Assembly: GCA_034520965.1 (NCBI GenBank) | Contig: JAXHMY010000002.1 | Location: forward strand, 192,001 to 256,000 | From: Spirochaetia bacterium | Lineage (GTDB): Bacteria; Spirochaetota; Spirochaetia; DSM-16054; Sediminispirochaetaceae | Reading direction: 5' to 3' | DNA: 64,000 bases | Shown here: in pieces, positions 59,465-64,000 of the stretch | Layout: every line of letters begins with the position of its first letter | How positions within the stretch are numbered: position 1 is the first letter of the stretch | The notes under the pieces: model-generated | What the model was told of the DNA's origin: nothing | Database searches by the model: none | The model's input: only the letters and a program-made list of their open reading frames with translations | Position numbers and translations under genes: made by a program

Positions 59465-60670
59465 ATGAAACCGATATATCTTGATTGGGCGGCCAGCTCT
59501 CCTATGGACCCTGAGCTGGCTCCACCTATGCTTGAGCTATATACACACAATTACGGCAACCCATCCTCCCCTCATTCCTTTGGAAGAACTGCAAAAAAAA
59601 TACTCCGGGAAGCTCGAAAAAAATGCAGCGTGCTGCTACAGGTAAATCCCGAACAACTTATCTTTACCTCAGGCGGCACCGAGGCCAATACTCTCCCTCT
59701 GCTATCACTGCTGCGACGCAGTTCCGGGGGCGAGATTGTCCTATCCGCATTTGAGCATGCAGCCGTATATGAGCTGGGAAGCCTGTTCCGGGATAAGGGG
59801 TTCCAGGTAAAAGAGGTAAAACCCGACGCACACGGAATAATCCAGCCGGAGGATGTTCGCAAGCAGCTTAGCCCGACAACTATTGCTGTAGCCGTGATGC
59901 TGGTGAACAACGAAATCGGAAGCATCCAGCCTATCCGTAGAATTTCTCAGGAAATCCGTACGTTTGAGGCCGAACATTCCACCCGCATCCATTTCCATTG
60001 TGATGCAGTCCAGGCGCTGGGAAAGCTGCATTTGAGTCCTGAGAGTTCAGGGACCGATACTATGGCTTTCAGCGGGCATAAATTTTGCGCGCCAAAAGGA
60101 ATCGGTTTGCTGTACAGTAAAAATAAGTTCACCCCCCTCGCCTCCGGAGGCGGACAAGAGTTTGGTATACGACCGGGAACAGAGAATATTCCTGCTGTCT
60201 GGGCTTTTGGTGAGGCCCTTGAAAAGCGTTGCCGCCATATGGAAGCTGAGTATGCACACGCCGTTAGGCTGCATGACCGTTTGATTATGCAGATAGAAAA
60301 AATTGAAGGAGCCGCAGTGTTTCCCCAGGCTAGACCAAGAGCTGATATGCTCGGTTCCGGCAAGTGGTCGGAACTGAAATACTCACCCTATATAGTGGCC
60401 CTTAACCTCTCCCCGGTACCCGGAGAAATTTGTGCCAGGGTACTCAACGACCGCGGAATAGCAGTTGCAACCGGTTCGGCCTGCTCTTCGAGCCATAAGA
60501 AGCAGCGGGGGCGAGTGGCGTATTCCGTAACTGCCAATGAACAGATCGCCCAAGGAATTATCAGAGTCTCCTTCGGCCCTGGCAATTCTGAATCTGATAT
60601 AGATACCTTTGCACAGACCTTGCAGCAGGAATTGCAACTGCTGCGAAAAACAGTGCGGCCCTCACGATAG
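59465..60670 (+). CDS. iscS: Cysteine desulfurase (IscS/NifS family)
   Basis: IYLD.AA, GNPSS.H, FTSGGTEA, VNNEIG, DAVQ, SGHKF, RPGTEN, TGSACSS. Confidence 0.92.
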   Translation: MKPIYLDWAASSPMDPELAPPMLELYTHNYGNPSSPHSFGRTAKKILREARKKCSVLLQVNPEQLIFTSGGTEANTLPLLSLLRRSSGGEIVLSAFEHAAVYELGSLFRDKGFQVKEVKPDAHGIIQPEDVRKQLSPTTIAVAVMLVNNEIGSIQPIRRISQEIRTFEAEHSTRIHFHCDAVQALGKLHLSPESSGTDTMAFSGHKFCAPKGIGLLYSKNKFTPLASGGGQEFGIRPGTENIPAVWAFGEALEKRCRHMEAEYAHAVRLHDRLIMQIEKIEGAAVFPQARPRADMLGSGKWSELKYSPYIVALNLSPVPGEICARVLNDRGIAVATGSACSSSHKKQRGRVAYSVTANEQIAQGIIRVSFGPGNSESDIDTFAQTLQQELQLLRKTVRPSR

Positions 60671-60699
60671 ACCTACTTACAACAACAGGAGTTAACTAC

Positions 60700-61917
60700 A
60701 TGAATGCAATCTACCTCATCAAGTTTGGGGAGCTTTCTCTTAAAAAAGAAAATCGCAATTTCTATGAAAAAAAGCTAAAAAGTAATCTTCGCCGTAATAT
60801 AGAGGCACGGAATGCTCACATAAAATACACAAACGGACGCTTTTATGTAGAAACTCCCGAGGAAAATGCGCCACAAATCGAAAGAGCACTTTCCCGTACC
60901 TTTGGGATAGTCGGTTTCTCAAGAGCACGGCGAGTTCAGAAGGATATTGAACTTATTAAGAGAACTGCAAAAAAAGTCGTCGAAGCACTGCGTGCCGAAA
61001 ATCCAGGTCTTTCTGGGGCAACAAGCTTTAAGATTGAAGCCCGCCGCACAGATAAATCTTTTAAGCTGAACTCCTACGAAATTGCCTGCGAGATAGGAAA
61101 TTACCTGATAGATGAGTTTACGTCTTTGTCAGTCGATGTACACTCACCCGACCTCAAAATTTTTGTAGAAATACGTGAAGAGGCTTTTATCTACGGGAAC
61201 CCCAGCCCGGGGCCTGGAGGCTTGCCTGTCGGTACCGCAGGACGGGGGCTGCTTATGCTATCGGGGGGTATAGACTCACCGGTCGCCGGTCATATGATGG
61301 CAAAACGCGGGCTAAAACTGGACTGTGTCTATTTTCATGCCTATCCTTATACTTCTGAAGATGCTTTAAACAAAGTAAAAGAGCTTACAAAAATTCTAAG
61401 CCCCTACATTGGAGGTGCTAATTTTTTTGTTGTCCCCTTTACCGAAGTCCAGCTTCGAATAAACGAACGGGCATTACCCCAGGAAGTGACCCTGCTGATG
61501 CGGGCGGGGATGGTGAAAATTGCAGAAATACTTGCCCACCGCAACCGGGCCGCCTGCCTAGTGACCGGGGAATCCCTCAGCCAAGTGGCCAGCCAAACCC
61601 TGGAAAGCATCACTTTTACCGGCAGCGCTGCACAAATGCCTATTTTCAGGCCGCTGATGGGGCTTGATAAAGAGGAGATTATTCAACGGGCGCGGGAAGT
61701 TGGAACCTTCGAAACCTCGATCCTGCCCTATGATGACTGCTGCACCATTTTTACCGCAGAGCATCCGCTGCTTAAACCGGGACTGGAGAGGATGTGGAAA
61801 TCCTGGGACAGACTGGAAATTGAACAGCTGTTAACTCAGGCCGCAGATAATACAGAACGGCACTATGTCCACCCAATTTACGGCTTTGATACTAACCGCT
61901 ACGAACCGGAGGGTTAA
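60700..61917 (+). CDS. thiI: tRNA 4-thiouridine synthase ThiI
   Basis: GELSLK..NR, THUMP domain, GGLP.G, PP-loop SGGIDS, TGESLSQVASQT, DDCC. Confidence 0.95.
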   Translation: MNAIYLIKFGELSLKKENRNFYEKKLKSNLRRNIEARNAHIKYTNGRFYVETPEENAPQIERALSRTFGIVGFSRARRVQKDIELIKRTAKKVVEALRAENPGLSGATSFKIEARRTDKSFKLNSYEIACEIGNYLIDEFTSLSVDVHSPDLKIFVEIREEAFIYGNPSPGPGGLPVGTAGRGLLMLSGGIDSPVAGHMMAKRGLKLDCVYFHAYPYTSEDALNKVKELTKILSPYIGGANFFVVPFTEVQLRINERALPQEVTLLMRAGMVKIAEILAHRNRAACLVTGESLSQVASQTLESITFTGSAAQMPIFRPLMGLDKEEIIQRAREVGTFETSILPYDDCCTIFTAEHPLLKPGLERMWKSWDRLEIEQLLTQAADNTERHYVHPIYGFDTNRYEPEG

Positions 61918-62237
61918 GAGCTGCTGCTCCCCTTGTCGGAACCGCCCGATCCCTTCGCACCGGCGGGAGCGGGTGCTCCACTGTTGTTAGAGCCGGAATC
62001 TGCAGAAGCTTGAGCTGTGTCCGTCGATGGTTTTGTTTTGGCCTCAGTTTTATTTCCATTGCGGTTATCGGTTACATAAAAACCGCTTCCCTTAAATATT
62101 ATTCCCATCCCTCCGCCGATAAGGCGCCGTAAAGCACCCCGGCATTCCGGACACTCTACGAGTGGATCGTCGGACATGGATTGAAAATGTTCAAAATTGT
62201 ATCCGCACTGCTTGCATTCGTAATCGTATGTGGGCAT
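61914..62237 (-). CDS. FmdB family zinc-ribbon protein
   Basis: MPTYDYECKQC..CPEC..FKGSGFYVTD with low-complexity tail. Confidence 0.9.
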   Translation of the reverse strand: MPTYDYECKQCGYNFEHFQSMSDDPLVECPECRGALRRLIGGGMGIIFKGSGFYVTDNRNGNKTEAKTKPSTDTAQASADSGSNNSGAPAPAGAKGSGGSDKGSSSS

Positions 62238-62383
62238 TTCCCATGCTCCTTTGGCATTTTTTAGTTGTATTATGTATAAATATACTCACCTTCTTTACTA
62301 GGGGGCAAGTAAAATTAGAATAAGCTCAAAACCTTTAAGGTAAGTTACTTATGTTAAACAATTGCTGTAGTAAAATAGAACTC

Positions 62384-63151
62384 TTAATCTACGCGTACCG
62401 GTACTCCGGCATTTGACAAATCGCTTTTTATTCCATGTATAGTATAGCCCTGGATATGAACCATAGATGCAATGAGGGCAGCATCCGCCTTACCCTCGGA
62501 CAATACTTCTATCAGGTGTTTGCTGCTTCCCGCACCGCCCGACGCAACCACCGGTACTTCCAAAGAAGTTGACAAGAGTCTAGTCAGTGGAATCTCGTAT
62601 CCCTCGCGGGTACCGTCGGCATCAATGGAATTAACAACAACTTCACCGGCTCCAAGCTGCACCGCCTGCCGTGCCCACTCCAGAGCATCCAGCTCGGTAG
62701 CTGTTCGGCCTCCATTGATATATACTCGATACCCCGAGGGCATCACTGCATCACGGGCAGCATCCATCCCCAGTACTACACACTGGTTGCCAAATAGTTC
62801 GGCTCCCTGCCGGATAATCCGGGGGTTCTTCACCGCCTGGCTGTTTACACTGACCTTTTCTGCACCGGCTAATATAACCGCCCGCATATCATCTAAAGAG
62901 GCAATCCCGCCGCCCACCGCAAAGGGAATAAATATTTTTTCTGCTACCCCTCTGACCACATCTAACATAATACCGCGTTTCTCATGGGATGCAGTAATAT
63001 CATAAAACACCAGTTCATCGACACCCTGTCGGTAATACTCCTCAGCCATCTCAACCGGATCACCAACTTCGACGTTTCCCTTAAACCGAACACCCTTGGT
63101 GGTTTTACCGTCTTTTACATCGAGGCATACAATAACTCTTTTTTGCAGCAT
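62384..63151 (-). CDS. hisF: Imidazole glycerol phosphate synthase cyclase subunit
   Basis: KRVIVCLD, GDPVE, DITAS, VGGGI, GAEKVSVNS, SIDADGT, ASGGAG. Confidence 0.96.
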   Translation of the reverse strand: MLQKRVIVCLDVKDGKTTKGVRFKGNVEVGDPVEMAEEYYRQGVDELVFYDITASHEKRGIMLDVVRGVAEKIFIPFAVGGGIASLDDMRAVILAGAEKVSVNSQAVKNPRIIRQGAELFGNQCVVLGMDAARDAVMPSGYRVYINGGRTATELDALEWARQAVQLGAGEVVVNSIDADGTREGYEIPLTRLLSTSLEVPVVASGGAGSSKHLIEVLSEGKADAALIASMVHIQGYTIHGIKSDLSNAGVPVRVD

Positions 63152-63195
63152 GAGCTTCTTCCTTTTCCGCCCATAACTTATGGGTTGAACGAATA

Positions 63196-63804
63196 TTAGA
63201 AATTTAGAAAATTCTGCAGCAGCTTAAGGCCCCATTTTCCGGATTTCTCGGGATGAAACTGCACTGCATGCAGATTATCAAGCTGCAGGGCGCTTGTGAA
63301 GGTAATTCCATACTCTGCAGTTGCCAGAACTGCGGAATCGGCTTGTGGGTCCGGATAATAGGAGTGCACAAAGTAAAAAGAGATCCCCCCGGGAATATCC
63401 GCAAACAACGGCGAGGAACGTACAGGATACACCTGGTTCCACCCCATGTGAGGAACTTTCAAGCCACTGTTTCGGGAAAACCGGCGGGCGGTTCCCGGCA
63501 CAACATCCAGACATGTAGTATCATGTTCTTCCGACTTGCTCAAGACAATCTGACTTCCTAAACATATTCCCAGCATCTGACGCCCGCTATGAAAATAGTC
63601 CCGCATGAATTGATCGAGCCCACGGCTTCGCAGATTCTGCATAGCAGTTCGAGCTTCACCTACTCCTGGAAAAATTAACTGCTCAGTCTCTTCGAGTTCC
63701 TCAGGGTGTGATGAGATTATATATTCAGCCTCCAGAAACTTAAGCGCAGTTTTTACACTGGTAAGGTTACCGGCATCATAGTCGACCACTCCAACCCGTT
63801 TCAT
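63196..63804 (-). CDS. hisH: Imidazole glycerol phosphate synthase glutaminase subunit
   Basis: DY.AGN, PGVG, GICLG, PHMGWN, YFVHSY, QFHPEKS. Confidence 0.96.
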   Translation of the reverse strand: MKRVGVVDYDAGNLTSVKTALKFLEAEYIISSHPEELEETEQLIFPGVGEARTAMQNLRSRGLDQFMRDYFHSGRQMLGICLGSQIVLSKSEEHDTTCLDVVPGTARRFSRNSGLKVPHMGWNQVYPVRSSPLFADIPGGISFYFVHSYYPDPQADSAVLATAEYGITFTSALQLDNLHAVQFHPEKSGKWGLKLLQNFLNF

Positions 63805-63811
63805 GTGTGCG

Positions 63812-64000
63812 TCACTCCTCTATTTGGTCATCTATATAGACATACGGAAGGGCCTGTTGAAAAAACCAGTCCATATTTTCTAGGGTAATCGGATAATCCT
63901 TCAAAATAACTTGATTCTTCTGAAGGCTTACAGGATCTTCGCTTATCATCTTAGAATAATCATATTCACCCTCGAAAGACCTCAATCCATTAATCAGGGC
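63812..64000 (-). CDS. 3' end of an unidentified gene running in from the window edge
   Basis: Open frame from 64000 to TGA at 63812 (..ALINGLRSFEGEYD..YIDDQIEE*), ending over the hisH SD GAGGAG. Confidence 0.6.
   Translation of the reverse strand, partial: ALINGLRSFEGEYDYSKMISEDPVSLQKNQVILKDYPITLENMDWFFQQALPYVYIDDQIEE

Noticed and set aside
62384..63804. hisH-hisF without hisA as a non-histidine (O-antigen WbuYZ-like) system
   Set aside because: Both proteins have canonical His-pathway motifs and no N-acetyl sugar amidotransferase is adjacent within the window.
1..64000. CRISPR array suggested by the Cas2-like gene and the palindromic repeats
   Set aside because: No regularly spaced direct repeats with unique spacers; the palindromes are dispersed and flanked by TSDs.

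Overview
Core chromosomal region of a free-living spirochaete (Spirochaetales-like gene content; possibly a long-read assembly). It holds about 50 housekeeping or conserved genes, including dnaG, mltG, map, aroH, thiN, two maf/MptE-like paralogues, a GldAFG-like ABC system, rnz, mcsA-mcsB-clpC, lolCDE-like genes, ftsY, prfB, pcnB, hisS, hrpA, aroB, iscS-thiI and hisH-hisF, plus tRNA-Tyr(GTA) and tRNA-Thr(TGT). I found no prophage, transposase or CRISPR array. The strongest unexplained signal is a family of tiny palindromic non-autonomous mobile elements: 51, 142 and 141 bp intact copies plus one degenerate copy. They have C(A/G)GC...GCTG ends, exact 9-bp target-site duplications and compensatory changes in their stems. 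Each intact copy's TSD, and the left flank of the degenerate copy, contains the predicted sigma70 -35 box of the neighbouring promoter. Other signals: a predicted sigma28-driven cluster (very acidic 822-aa protein, A11-split gene, two maf genes), an orphan Cas2-like gene next to prfB, and several enzymes with degenerate catalytic motifs (McsB, GH57, GGDEF, HEXXH-like). Small indels in dnaG, hisS and a TPR gene suggest homopolymer-type sequencing errors, so frameshift-based claims need read-level checks. All protein calls come from motif recognition by eye, not database searches.
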